DNA of 64,000 nucleotides from a virus (Duplodnaviria > Caudoviricetes), in IMG/VR virus record IMGVR_UViG_3300034989_000047, positions 1 through 64,000 of that record; one strand, given 5' to 3'. The notes beneath the pieces were generated by a model. It searched no databases and had not been told where the DNA came from. It saw only the letters and a program-made list of their open reading frames with translations. Below are positions 26,157 through 36,549 of this stretch, piece by piece (the first letter of the stretch is position 1; each line of letters begins with the position of its first letter). The position numbers and the translations under genes are program-made.

Positions 26157-28625
26157 ATGGGATATTACACGAGGCCTGATGTTTACGTCGAGGAGTTAAG
26201 CAGCGCAGAGGGTCCGGTTCGATCTGCCCAGACGGGTCGAGGCGGAATGCAGGCGATCACGTATAAGGGACCGGTGGGAGTCCCGATTCGTACACGAAAC
26301 TTTGAAGCTTGGAAAAAGATTTTCGGCGGATATGAGGAGCGGAGTGATGCTGCATATGAAGCTGAGAGTTTTTTCAAAGAGGGGGGTTTCGAGCTGATCA
26401 CCGTTCGGCAGGCTCACTATGCCGATTTGAGTGACAAGACTTCCGTTGCTGGGGCAGCCTCGTTTCGGATGCATAAAACGGCCGGTGTGGCAGCAACGCC
26501 GGCTACAAAAACCAGCTTAGTAGGGCCGTTCAACATTAGGCTAGGAGGGGATGTTAACTTCACGTTCGAGGTTGGCGGTAGTGGTAGCTTGACCGCAGAG
26601 GTAGTGGCTTCACCAGGGTATATTACGTGTACCTCTTCTGAAGGGACCAATCAGGATGGGTTAACGCTTGAAATTTCAGTCAATTCTGGGCCGGTTCAAA
26701 CTATTATTCTGAGTGGAGTAGCCATTACATACCAAGAAATCATAAATCAGGTGAACTCTCAAATCATAGGAGCTGCTTGTGTTGCAGGTTTGGGTTCTGC
26801 GCCGGTTATCGGTTCTGATCGTTATGGGGCTTCGAGTTCTATAGACATCGTTGGGGGTACTTCTACTTTGACTTGGGATACTTCAAGTATGACTGGAGCC
26901 GGCAATGTGGCCGACGACTCTGCGGTTACAGCCACAGAAATGAAAGTTATATTGGATTCCACCCCCACTTTTACAACCTACGGGGTTGCACAAGTCAACG
27001 CTGACGGGTCTTTCACGATAAGCTCGGTCGATACCGGGACGGCTGTTGCCCTTGAGTTTACCGATGCAAACACCACTTTTGGATTTTCGGTTGAAACGCT
27101 CAACGGAACCGACGATGGGGCGACCTTCGACACACTCAAGGTGAGTGCTGGGTATCACGGGTATCTGTCCCCCGGGCTGTCCGGGGATTTGCTGAAGACC
27201 AAAGCAGTTCCAAATCCATTCGTTACTTCAGGGGGCTCCGGTCATGATTTGGCCGCGAACATTACCATTGGAGACACAGCAATTCAGGTTGAGTCCATAA
27301 GCGGGATTAACGAAAACACCGTTCTTACGGTGTCCGATGGTACGCATACGGAGCAGAAGATTGTTTCGGGTACGCGTACGGAAATCAGTGGAAGTACTAT
27401 AAGCTATTTCGTGGACGTTTCCAGTGCGTTTACCTACGGGTATACCGATGGAAGCACCACCATCCATTCGAATGAGTTTGACCTCTATATCTACGAGGGG
27501 ACCAAGGAAGTCGAGCGGTGGGAAGGTTTGTCCATGCTCGATACGGCTGACAACTATGTCGAAACCATCGTGAACGATGAAAGCATCGGGTCGGTGTATG
27601 TAGTTGTCGAAGACCAAAACGCAGTTCCACCGGGAGTTGGTTTGGATACCCCAGCGGAAGATACGGCCGCGGTGTCCCTAGCCGGGGGTGCAGATGAAAC
27701 GACGGGGATTGTGCCCCTCGACTGGGTGGGACTCGAGTCCGGGGGTACTGGGCTGTACGCTTGGGATACAGTGAATGAGTTCATGCCTTTCTGTACCGTG
27801 GGGGAAATCAGCCCAATCGTGGTCCATATGGCGGCGCTTTACGCGAAGAGTCGGATTTATATGGAGTACTTGACCTATCTTGAGGCAGGTCTCTCGGGGT
27901 CGGCAGCTGTCAGTTATCGGAACGGCACTTTGGGTGTCAATTCGGATTGCTCCAGTCTGTACGCTGGTGGAATTCAGGTATTCGATCCGGTTGGTTCCGG
28001 GTCCAATCCCAGACGAAACCTCGCGGGGATGGGTGCGATGATGGCTATTCGAGCCAGGGTTGACTCATTGCCGGGAGACGGTGGTGGACCTTGGGAGGCT
28101 CCGGCGGGAGAAGGCGACTATGGTACGGTGAACTACGCTCTAGACGTCGTGACGGAGTACAAAGATTCCGAGACAGGCGGGATGAACGAGGCCGGAATCA
28201 ATGTCATCCGGAAGTTCGGGAGTACAAATCCGGTTACGGTTTGGGGATGCAGAACGCTGTCCACAGACCCGAACAGGCGATTTTTGTACATTAACGTACG
28301 AAGGTTTTTCCAGTTTGTGGAGAAGTCGATTGCAGATTCCACCCGGTGGGCCGTTCATCGAAACAACAATTATAAGTTGTGGGCAAAACTTACCGACAAG
28401 GGGGATGATTTCTTGAGTTCGCTTTTGGTTCGGGGGGCCTTCCCCACGAGGGTCAAGGAGCTGGCGTTCTTTATCGATGTGGGGACGGCGAACGGAGTCA
28501 TGACTCAAGAGGATATTGACGCAGGTAGAGTGAAAGGAAGAATCGGCATGGCGGCTAACAAACCGGGTGAATTCCTGATTTGGGAGTTCACTCAGTATGA
28601 TAGCGGTTGGGCCATTTCTGAGTGA
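26157..28625 (+). CDS. Contractile tail sheath protein with large inserted domains
   Basis: PDVYVEE, KGPVGVP, WEAPAG, GINVIRKF, VWGCRTLS, YINVRRF, KPGEF. Confidence 0.92.
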   Translation: MGYYTRPDVYVEELSSAEGPVRSAQTGRGGMQAITYKGPVGVPIRTRNFEAWKKIFGGYEERSDAAYEAESFFKEGGFELITVRQAHYADLSDKTSVAGAASFRMHKTAGVAATPATKTSLVGPFNIRLGGDVNFTFEVGGSGSLTAEVVASPGYITCTSSEGTNQDGLTLEISVNSGPVQTIILSGVAITYQEIINQVNSQIIGAACVAGLGSAPVIGSDRYGASSSIDIVGGTSTLTWDTSSMTGAGNVADDSAVTATEMKVILDSTPTFTTYGVAQVNADGSFTISSVDTGTAVALEFTDANTTFGFSVETLNGTDDGATFDTLKVSAGYHGYLSPGLSGDLLKTKAVPNPFVTSGGSGHDLAANITIGDTAIQVESISGINENTVLTVSDGTHTEQKIVSGTRTEISGSTISYFVDVSSAFTYGYTDGSTTIHSNEFDLYIYEGTKEVERWEGLSMLDTADNYVETIVNDESIGSVYVVVEDQNAVPPGVGLDTPAEDTAAVSLAGGADETTGIVPLDWVGLESGGTGLYAWDTVNEFMPFCTVGEISPIVVHMAALYAKSRIYMEYLTYLEAGLSGSAAVSYRNGTLGVNSDCSSLYAGGIQVFDPVGSGSNPRRNLAGMGAMMAIRARVDSLPGDGGGPWEAPAGEGDYGTVNYALDVVTEYKDSETGGMNEAGINVIRKFGSTNPVTVWGCRTLSTDPNRRFLYINVRRFFQFVEKSIADSTRWAVHRNNNYKLWAKLTDKGDDFLSSLLVRGAFPTRVKELAFFIDVGTANGVMTQEDIDAGRVKGRIGMAANKPGEFLIWEFTQYDSGWAISE

Positions 28626-28651
28626 GGATAGGATAGCTAAACAAGGAGGGC

Positions 28652-29107
28652 GTGATGCCAGATCCGTATCGAAATTTTAAGTTTGAGGTTGAGATTGACG
28701 GTTTTGTTCGGGCGGGATTTTCTAAAGTTTCCGGGTTAAGTCGGACCACTGAGGATACCGAGTACCGAGAGGGTGGGGAGAATGAAACCCCCCACAAGCT
28801 CCCGGGTCAAACTTCGTTTTCGGACGTCACCCTAAGCCGCGGGGTTTCGGATGACGAAGATTTTCAAAACTGGAGCGATACCATCTTCAATGTAGACCAG
28901 GTGGATGGTGAACAGGGCGATGAAAACTTCCGAAGAACGGTGGTGGTCTATCTCAAGAACAAAGCCGGCGAGCGGGTTATCAAGTGGACTATTCTTCGAG
29001 CCTGGCCAAAAGAGTTTTCTACGGAGGACCTTGACGGTGCGGGGAATGACGCCTTGATTGACAATCTCGTTTTGGTAAACGAGGGAATAAAGCGCGAGCG
29101 TCTCTAG
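28652..29107 (+). CDS. Tail tube protein (T4 gp19 / Afp1-5-like)
   Basis: DPYRNFKFEVEIDG..AGFSKVSGL..EYREGG..KLPG..VTLSRG..AWP. Confidence 0.92.
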   Translation: MMPDPYRNFKFEVEIDGFVRAGFSKVSGLSRTTEDTEYREGGENETPHKLPGQTSFSDVTLSRGVSDDEDFQNWSDTIFNVDQVDGEQGDENFRRTVVVYLKNKAGERVIKWTILRAWPKEFSTEDLDGAGNDALIDNLVLVNEGIKRERL

Positions 29108-29161
29108 GCCGCGTAATTTACAATAGTTATTATTGTTTCAACAAGTAGGAGATATAGCACG

Positions 29162-30037
29162 ATGAAGTACTCTTCCAACAACGACTATCAAGACAGTTTG
29201 GATTCGACGGCTTCCGATTGGGAAGTTGACGATAGCGAAGAAGTCGAGTTTGTTCCGGACGATACCGTGGAGCTCCCGGTAGGGATACGAAAGGATGGAC
29301 AGGTTTATCGAACGGTCGTTATCGACGAGCTTGGGGGTGTTGACGACCGTCTTGTTGCGGATTCGAAAGTGCGGGGCAACGGGGCGAAGGCGATGTCTCT
29401 AGTGATATGCCGGTCGGTACAGGAAGTTCCAGGGTTGCTAAAGCAGAAGCAGAATCCGGATAAGATGTTCAACCGAGAGTTTGCCCGGGCGATGACGGAG
29501 ATTGATCGGGTATTCTTGATTACGCGCATTTTCATGCTGTCCGGACGTAACGAGTCTGCCTTTGTTGGGACCTGTAGGCACTGTAAAAAGGTGCATTATG
29601 AGAAGGTGTATCTATCGAATCTTCAAGTCGATAAGTGGCCGGACGACAAGCCACCAGAGATTGAGTTTCATTTAAAAGGAGGGTTCAAGGAAAGGAAGGA
29701 TAACGGTGAGTACATTTATCATCGAGATGGGGTTTTAAGCTTTCCTACGGGAAAGACTTCTGAGTTGATTGGAAAGATCACCAACGAAGCGGAGGCTTTG
29801 GACAGTATGCTCGCTTCCTGTATCAAGAATGTGGGTACTTATGGAAGGGTGGATAGTTCCATGGCTCAGGCGTTAAAGAAGACTGACCGTGAAGAGTTGC
29901 TATATTCACTGAGCGACGGGCTCCCAGGCATAAAGCAGGGTAAGTGGATCACTTGCGAATGTGGAGTGGACCTTGAGTTGAGTTTGGACTTAGTCTCTTT
30001 TTTCGACGGACGGCGGCGGAGAGCGAGAAAGCCCTAG
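29162..30037 (+). CDS. Tail assembly chaperone / baseplate hub assembly protein
   Basis: Between tube and TMP; CRHC and CECG motifs; ends near a slippery heptamer. Confidence 0.7.
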   Translation: MKYSSNNDYQDSLDSTASDWEVDDSEEVEFVPDDTVELPVGIRKDGQVYRTVVIDELGGVDDRLVADSKVRGNGAKAMSLVICRSVQEVPGLLKQKQNPDKMFNREFARAMTEIDRVFLITRIFMLSGRNESAFVGTCRHCKKVHYEKVYLSNLQVDKWPDDKPPEIEFHLKGGFKERKDNGEYIYHRDGVLSFPTGKTSELIGKITNEAEALDSMLASCIKNVGTYGRVDSSMAQALKKTDREELLYSLSDGLPGIKQGKWITCECGVDLELSLDLVSFFDGRRRRARKP

Positions 30038-30180
30038 ATAATCTTTATGAGTGTGTGAACTACCTAGCACATCGTTACGGTTGGTCTGAGTCTGAAATTT
30101 TACGATTGCCGATAAGACGGCTTAATCGATACACCGAGTTAATCAACCGTGATCGGCGAAAGGAAGAAGGCAAGCGATGA
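29998..30180 (+). CDS. -1 frameshift extension of the chaperone (DUF6760-like segment)
   Basis: T TTT TTC at 29998-30004; the -1 frame reads ..LYECVNYLAHRYGWSESEILRLPIRRLNRYTELI..; its TGA at 30178-30180 overlaps the TMP ATG. Confidence 0.75.
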   Translation, partial: FFRRTAAESEKALDNLYECVNYLAHRYGWSESEILRLPIRRLNRYTELINRDRRKEEGKR

Positions 30181-33017
30181 GTGCCGGTAGTCAGATGCTT
30201 TTGGGGATTAGGCTTCAGTTAGACGCTGAAGGGTTAGTGACAGGGGCCTCCGTAGCCGAGAGTTCGCTTCAAAAAATCCAAAACAATGTGCACACCACGC
30301 AGCGGAAGGTTTCCGAAGCTGGTAACGCAATGAAAGACTCGATGAATGCGAGTCTCGGCGTAGGCGCTTTGGGAACGGCTGCGATGGGGGTTGGGAAGGC
30401 TTTAGATGCAGCTATCACTCCGGCGATAGACCAAGCGAAGTCTTTCCAGGTGGAGATGTCTCAGTTGCGGTTTGTTTCGAAGGCAACTGAGGATGAGTTG
30501 AGGGAGCTCGAGCAGGTTGCTTTGAAGACCGGTTTAGAGACCCAGTTTTCCCCGCAGGAGGCGGCTGCGGCCATCCGGATGTTGAAGGCAGCGGGTTTGT
30601 CTACTGAGACATCCCTTAAGAGTTTGAGTGCAACTCTTGACACAGTGACGGGTTCCGCGGGGTTGCTTGATTTGCAGACGGGTGCCACGGCCACCGCGGC
30701 GGCGTTGTTGAAGTTCAGCCATACGGGGGAAGCCGCCCGGGATATTATGGATACGTTTGCCAATGCGACAAGGGAAACGAACCTTCAGTTCCACGACTTG
30801 CCCATCTTCATCAACTCTTTGCGGGATGCGCCGGCAAAGATTAAGGCCACCTCGTCGGAGGCAATCGCTCTAGTCGGTGTGCTGAAGAACGCCGGTATGC
30901 AAGCTGCTCAGGCCGGTCAGACGGTGGATATGTTTGCCAACAAGTTCCTTGTGGTCTATCGAAGATTGGAGAAGTATTTAGCTAAGAAGAAAATTTCTGA
31001 GCAAGATTTATTGGCAGGGTATACCGACAAGAAGATGCCCCAAACGGTACGTGCTTTTCAGAAGCTGGGTGTTTCGATGTTCGACGTTAACGGCAACCTG
31101 AAGAACATGACTCAGTTCTTTGGGGAGTTGATCGATGCTTCGACGAAGTTATCCGGGGAGAGTGCGAAGAGTTTTTTGGTAACAGCTTCTACGGTGTTTG
31201 GAGCTAGGGGAGGCCCCCTTATTACCGCGCTTCGGGATATGAAACGGGGTTCTCTTACTGGTAGGGCAGCGTTTGAAGACTTGGTTCATACCCTAGAGAA
31301 GTCCGGCGGGGCTTCCCGGGAGGCCGCTAAGGCGTTTGAGGATACGCAAGTTGGTTTGGAAGTGTTTATTCAAGGTACAAAGGATACGATCAATATCGCT
31401 CTGGGAAAGACTTTGATACCGTATTTGCATAAGTTTGGGGGTGTTTGGAAGAAGGTGTTGGGGGCTTTCTTGGAGTTCATCGAGAATAACCCGACGTTTG
31501 CCAAGGCTTTGATGGGCACTGCGGCAGCTTTGATGATAGCTGCAAAGGTTGCTGGGTTGGTCATTCTAGCCTTCGCCGGGCTGTTGTTTTGGTCTACGGT
31601 GGTAGCTCCCGCAGTCGCTGCGGCAGGGGGTGCCGCCGGCATCGCTGCAATAGGATTTGGGGCATTGCAGGCCATGTTGTGGCCTTTGATTCTGATTGCC
31701 GGAGCTGTGGCGATTGTATTTGTGGCTTTGTACGGCGTAATAAAGATATTTAAGTATCTAATGACGGGCAATTTAGAGATTGCGAAGTCCTTCCAAAGAT
31801 TGATGAAGACCTTCTCGATGATAAAGAAGGGGATTACCGAGCTTTGGTCCGGGGAAAAGGGCAAAGAGCAAACGGTTAAAGCACTGAAAGCCATGGGGCT
31901 TTATGGGATCGTCACTACTATCATAGGGATTAAGAATCGGATTGTTGCCGTTTTCGGTGGGTTTGTAGACGGGCTTATTTATGGGTTTAAGTCGATAGCG
32001 TTAGTGTTGTATCCCGTTCAGTTGGTGATAAGTTATGTTATCGATGCCTTCAGAAGATTGTTTGAGTCTTGGGGTCCGATGAAGGACGTTTACGAAGTGG
32101 CTAAGGGGTGGAGAGCCTTCGGGTTTATACTGGGGTGGATAGCTTCTGTGGTTCTAACTGCATTGATAGTTAAGGTGTCATTGTTAGCCTTGCCGTTCGT
32201 TATTCTCGCGGCGAAGGTATTAATTGTAGCAGCAGTTATCTATGGTATATTTTGGATATTGCGTAAAATTTTTGTGGGACTCGGTACTTTAATAGGTTGG
32301 GTTGCGTTTAAGATTTATCAGTTGTTTGTCTGGTTAAGAGAGAAGGCATTTGCATTCGGAGTTTATTTCTATGTTGCTTTCTTGAAGCTCAAAGTTTCTC
32401 TAGTGAAATTAGCTGTTGGGATATTCCGAGCAGTCGCTAATCCTATAGTAGGAGTAGGTATATTTATTCGGGATAGTTTTAATAACGCTGTCGGATATTT
32501 GATGAGTTTGAAGACCCGTGCGGCACAGGCTGCGAGTGGTTTCATACAGGCATTTTTTGACGCTATTCAGAGTAGGTGGGAAGCGGTTAAGGAATGGTTT
32601 AGTGGAGCGTTGCAGTGGATTCGGGACCGGCTTCCGGGTTCGGACGCCAAAGTAGGCCCTTTATCTACTCTCACGAGAGCTGGGCAGGGATTCTCGCAGG
32701 CATTCGGTGAGGGCATAGAGCAAGGGGCTCCGGAGCTTCAGGGAAGAGTTACTCGAGTCCTTGAGGGCACAGCGCCGGACGGGGAAGGACTTGCCGGGGC
32801 TTATGCCAAGCCTGACGGAGTTCTCCCGAAGGGTGAAGGTGCTGAGGACCGGAAGGCTTCTATTACCAACAGTCGAGGTGGAACGGTAATTACGATTCAA
32901 AAGATGGAGTTCAATGTTGCGGAGGCCACTCCGGAAGAAGCCGAAAGTCTTGCTGAGCAGATTATCGAACGGATAAGGACGATGCTAGATGAAGAGCAGG
33001 AAGTGGGGTTTGTATGA
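30177..33017 (+). CDS. Tape measure protein (TP901-like)
   Basis: FQVEMSQL..AT..EL..TQFSPQEAAAA..AGLS core; Ala/Gly-rich with hydrophobic segments; LPGSDAKVGPLSTL. Confidence 0.88.
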   Translation: MSAGSQMLLGIRLQLDAEGLVTGASVAESSLQKIQNNVHTTQRKVSEAGNAMKDSMNASLGVGALGTAAMGVGKALDAAITPAIDQAKSFQVEMSQLRFVSKATEDELRELEQVALKTGLETQFSPQEAAAAIRMLKAAGLSTETSLKSLSATLDTVTGSAGLLDLQTGATATAAALLKFSHTGEAARDIMDTFANATRETNLQFHDLPIFINSLRDAPAKIKATSSEAIALVGVLKNAGMQAAQAGQTVDMFANKFLVVYRRLEKYLAKKKISEQDLLAGYTDKKMPQTVRAFQKLGVSMFDVNGNLKNMTQFFGELIDASTKLSGESAKSFLVTASTVFGARGGPLITALRDMKRGSLTGRAAFEDLVHTLEKSGGASREAAKAFEDTQVGLEVFIQGTKDTINIALGKTLIPYLHKFGGVWKKVLGAFLEFIENNPTFAKALMGTAAALMIAAKVAGLVILAFAGLLFWSTVVAPAVAAAGGAAGIAAIGFGALQAMLWPLILIAGAVAIVFVALYGVIKIFKYLMTGNLEIAKSFQRLMKTFSMIKKGITELWSGEKGKEQTVKALKAMGLYGIVTTIIGIKNRIVAVFGGFVDGLIYGFKSIALVLYPVQLVISYVIDAFRRLFESWGPMKDVYEVAKGWRAFGFILGWIASVVLTALIVKVSLLALPFVILAAKVLIVAAVIYGIFWILRKIFVGLGTLIGWVAFKIYQLFVWLREKAFAFGVYFYVAFLKLKVSLVKLAVGIFRAVANPIVGVGIFIRDSFNNAVGYLMSLKTRAAQAASGFIQAFFDAIQSRWEAVKEWFSGALQWIRDRLPGSDAKVGPLSTLTRAGQGFSQAFGEGIEQGAPELQGRVTRVLEGTAPDGEGLAGAYAKPDGVLPKGEGAEDRKASITNSRGGTVITIQKMEFNVAEATPEEAESLAEQIIERIRTMLDEEQEVGFV

Positions 33018-33562
33018 GGGTAAACGGAACCAGGGCCGAGAGGGCTTATCTAGCGAAGATTCTGGATGGGGAAGTAACGTATATTTATGAGTTTCAATTT
33101 AACCCTTCTGAAGATGAAAAGACCCGTGAAGTTGCTTGGGCGTGGGCTGTCGTAGGGCCGCTTTTGCCTGAAGCCATCTTCATACGGCTTTCTAGGGAAG
33201 CCTTCAGTCTTCAGCTTTTTCTAGATGCGACAGAGAACTATGACCCGGAGAAGCAAGGGGTAGGAGCTGACATTGCAGCGTTGGACAGTTTTACTATGCC
33301 CTATCCGGAAATCTATTGTGCGGATATGGGGCAAGTAGCTTCGCCGCCGTTGACGCTTTTTGGTATTGGTGAGGATGCTTATTATGTTGTGGTCAATGGG
33401 GTTAACGTTAGAGTCGTTAGACGGAATAGTGAAATGCATCCGACCAGAGCGTATGTTGATTTGAAGCTTACATCCACATATGTAGATACTTCACAAATGC
33501 TAAATTCATTGAACAAGAATTCTGAGTTAGCTCGTAAGGTGTTGGTAGCAAGGAGGGCGTAG
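33014..33562 (+). CDS. Tail tube initiator (CIS tube protein-like)
   Basis: FQFNPSE, LFLDATE, PPLTLF, PTRAYVDLKL. Confidence 0.7.
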   Translation: MRVNGTRAERAYLAKILDGEVTYIYEFQFNPSEDEKTREVAWAWAVVGPLLPEAIFIRLSREAFSLQLFLDATENYDPEKQGVGADIAALDSFTMPYPEIYCADMGQVASPPLTLFGIGEDAYYVVVNGVNVRVVRRNSEMHPTRAYVDLKLTSTYVDTSQMLNSLNKNSELARKVLVARRA

Positions 33563-33858
33563 TGCTTACAGTAAGTTCAAGATACATTACAGTTGGGAAG
33601 ATTAATTATGTAGTATCTTCCGGCGAGAGTGTCGGTCTTTTGAGGATGCGGCCAACTACTACGGTTTCACTTGATGAAACACAGTCATACGTAGTGAAAG
33701 CCGGTGATACTTTTGAGAGTCTTGCGGCGAAATATCTAGGTAATGGAAGAAAGTGGTGGGTGTTGGCTGATGCGAATCCCCATATATTCTGGCCTTTAAG
33801 CTTAAGAGCTGGTGATAGAATTGTAATACCTTCAAAAGCCCAGGCGTTATTATCATGA
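33562..33858 (+). CDS. LysM-like tail protein X
   Basis: YVVKAGDTFESLAAKYLGNGRKWWVLADANP..LRAGDRIVIP. Confidence 0.85.
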   Translation: MLTVSSRYITVGKINYVVSSGESVGLLRMRPTTTVSLDETQSYVVKAGDTFESLAAKYLGNGRKWWVLADANPHIFWPLSLRAGDRIVIPSKAQALLS

Positions 33859-35348
33859 AAGAAATATTCATTTCTATGTGGGTTGGCGGCCGGAGATTTT
33901 CGAGTTGGACCGTTAACAGGATTATATCATTGAGGCTTACGGACCACTTAAAAAAAGCTAATTCTGGAAAGATTGTCTTCAGTGACCCTAGGGCAGAGTT
34001 GAACACTTCAGGGATTTTAAGAAAAGGGGGTTTAATTCATTTTATGGTTGGGTGGACCCATGAAGTAGAACCAAGAGGTCCATACGTTATAAAGTCTTAT
34101 GGTATGAATTTTCCTGCAAACGGTGAGCCGAGGTTCACTATAAATTTTCAGGATTTAAGCCACAAGCTAGATAAGAAGCAGAAAAAGCGAAAGCATATTG
34201 GGACGGCTGCAAGTATTCTAAAGAAGATAGCAAAAGAACATGGGTTGGGTTACGATATAGATTCAATAGACGGTTTGGAGTTTACCGATGATTTTCCGTT
34301 GAATCAGGCATCTTATTCGGACGCCACGCTGCTACAGTTACTGGCCGATCGTTATGGGTATGTCTGGGGAGTTTCGGGTGGAAATCTGATATTTAAACGT
34401 CCAGCAGACAGGCAAATGAAAAAGAAAGCTGAGCCTGCAGTGCTATCTTATAGGATAAATGACTACTCGATTTCTTCCTTAGTTCCTGAAGTTAAGTATT
34501 CTAAACGCGGAAAGAAAAAGGGAGCTAATAAGCAGGATAGTAATATAGACTTTGGGGCGGATAATGACGAGGGTGGAGGTATCTTAGAGGATATGCTCGC
34601 CAAGGATATGACCGAGGAAGAAAGGCAAGAGTTGTTCGCCGAGCATAAAAATGAGGCTGAGCTTGCGGTGTTGATAGAAGAGAATCTGGGGTCACTTTTA
34701 GCGAAGAATGTAGGTGAAGGGTTTCGTAAGTTCTATCATGAAGCTGTAGACAGTTCTGAGCGGCTTATAAGCTGGGCAGCTGGAACGGGATACCAGACAA
34801 CTAATGAGAGTTTCAATCGAGCTGAGAGCCAATGGTATACACGACAGATTAAGAAGGATGTTGAGTTACATACGGACCCAAATTTAAGTGATAACCCAGA
34901 TGCCCCTCAGTCAATTTATGATGAGGTTTGGGAGTTAGAGAACGCCGAGACTACCTGGGCTACACCGGCAACGCTTGAGGAGCTTGCTCGCCGCAGGAAA
35001 GCTAGATTAAGCGTAACAGAAACAATAACGGTTAAGATTATTTTGAATATCGCTTCAATTAAGTATCATCCGGGGGAGATAATTACGCTTGCTGGGGTTG
35101 GCATTTATAATGGAAATTACTTGATAAAAGAAGTGGAGCATATTTTTAGTCGGCGTGGGATGCCGTTTAAAACACGGATAACAGCATTCAAGAGAGCGTC
35201 AGGTATAAGTAGAGCGGCTATACAGAGAATTGCTAGGCAGGAGGAACGAGTCAGAAACGGTAGGGCGTCTATTTCAGGGATAGCTGAAAAGACATATGAG
35301 CCAGAATTGGATCGAATCGGTATTGTGAATAAGGTTGATAATGCTTAG
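33855..35348 (+). CDS. Baseplate hub (late control D / gp27-like)
   Basis: SDATLLQLLADRYGY; GNYLIKEVEHIF; gene order. Confidence 0.75.
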   Translation: MKEIFISMWVGGRRFSSWTVNRIISLRLTDHLKKANSGKIVFSDPRAELNTSGILRKGGLIHFMVGWTHEVEPRGPYVIKSYGMNFPANGEPRFTINFQDLSHKLDKKQKKRKHIGTAASILKKIAKEHGLGYDIDSIDGLEFTDDFPLNQASYSDATLLQLLADRYGYVWGVSGGNLIFKRPADRQMKKKAEPAVLSYRINDYSISSLVPEVKYSKRGKKKGANKQDSNIDFGADNDEGGGILEDMLAKDMTEEERQELFAEHKNEAELAVLIEENLGSLLAKNVGEGFRKFYHEAVDSSERLISWAAGTGYQTTNESFNRAESQWYTRQIKKDVELHTDPNLSDNPDAPQSIYDEVWELENAETTWATPATLEELARRRKARLSVTETITVKIILNIASIKYHPGEIITLAGVGIYNGNYLIKEVEHIFSRRGMPFKTRITAFKRASGISRAAIQRIARQEERVRNGRASISGIAEKTYEPELDRIGIVNKVDNA

Positions 35349-36549
35349 TTCGGATGAGTTCAAAAGAAGATTTTCCAAACGGTATTTTGGTAAGTATCGA
35401 GCGTATGTTCGGGATGTTCAAGACCCCAAGAAGCTTGGTCGGATAAAGGCCGTCGTTCCAGCAGTTTTAGGAAATGAAGACGATGTTGGTTGGGCGTATC
35501 CCCTCCCCTCTTCTGGGGGTGGCGTTAATACGGGAGACCTTCAGCTTCCGGAGAAAAAGGACTTTGTTTGGATAGAGTTTGAGGAAGGTGATGTGAGCCG
35601 GCCACTGTGGTCTCCGGGGTCGTGGGGAATACGCGGCGGGGAGAGCATGGTTCCGAAGCACTCTAGGGGGGAGTTGGATGAAACTGATTATGTGTATAGA
35701 GAGACGGGGAACATTCCCCCAACGCAGTTCTCCGGACAATACGGCAACGTTCGGGTGATTCAAAACAGGTCTGGAGGCAATTTCATAGAGCTCGACGATA
35801 CTCCGGGAGAAGAGCGCTTACAGATAAGCCATCGAACGGGTACTCGAGTAGAAATGACGGCTGACGGGAGTCTTCAGGAGGCCTCGGCGGGGACTGTCCG
35901 GAGGAACATCGGCGGAGCGCATTCGGTAGAGGTTGCTGGGAACGAAGAAGTTTCGATTAAAGGAGCGAGTACGTTCACGGCTGAAGCGCAGAGAACGGAG
36001 ACCTATGAGGGGCCGGTCACCCAGAACTTTGGTGAGTTGACTCAAGTGGTGGGGAACATCTCCCAGAAGAGTGAAGCCAAGACTCAGGTAGTGTCCGGAC
36101 CTTGGGCGGTACAGTGTGGGGGCCAGGGGAGCATGATGTTCAACGGTGCCCTTGCGTTCATGATACAGCAGAACCTTCAGATGACCGTTTTAGAGAATGC
36201 GGAAATCGCTGTATCCAATGCCACGGGATTGCCTACAGCGGACTCCCTGTTGATTCAGGGATACAATGGAAATGTTCATCTAACCGCAACGGACGCTACT
36301 GGATTAGTGTCTAAAGCTGAGGTGTTGTTGAAGGGGAACTCCCCCACGGCGAATATCCTCCTAGGTGGGGATACTGCAACGGAGCCGATGGTCTTGGGCA
36401 ACTTGTTCAAAACTTGGATCACGACGTCATTGTTGTTGCACACCCACCCGACGGGTACCGGGCCTAGCGGTCCTCCTGTTGAAGCTGCGGCTATTTCGGC
36501 TCAAATAGATACTTTTTTGTCTACGGTTATTATGGGGAAGTTCGTATGA
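35341..36549 (+). CDS. Baseplate central spike (gpV / gp5 / VgrG-like)
   Basis: GKYRAYVRDVQDPKKLGRIKAVVP, VWIEFEEGDVSRP, IELDDTPGEERL, C-terminal HTH metal-binding motif. Confidence 0.88.
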   Translation: MLSSDEFKRRFSKRYFGKYRAYVRDVQDPKKLGRIKAVVPAVLGNEDDVGWAYPLPSSGGGVNTGDLQLPEKKDFVWIEFEEGDVSRPLWSPGSWGIRGGESMVPKHSRGELDETDYVYRETGNIPPTQFSGQYGNVRVIQNRSGGNFIELDDTPGEERLQISHRTGTRVEMTADGSLQEASAGTVRRNIGGAHSVEVAGNEEVSIKGASTFTAEAQRTETYEGPVTQNFGELTQVVGNISQKSEAKTQVVSGPWAVQCGGQGSMMFNGALAFMIQQNLQMTVLENAEIAVSNATGLPTADSLLIQGYNGNVHLTATDATGLVSKAEVLLKGNSPTANILLGGDTATEPMVLGNLFKTWITTSLLLHTHPTGTGPSGPPVEAAAISAQIDTFLSTVIMGKFV

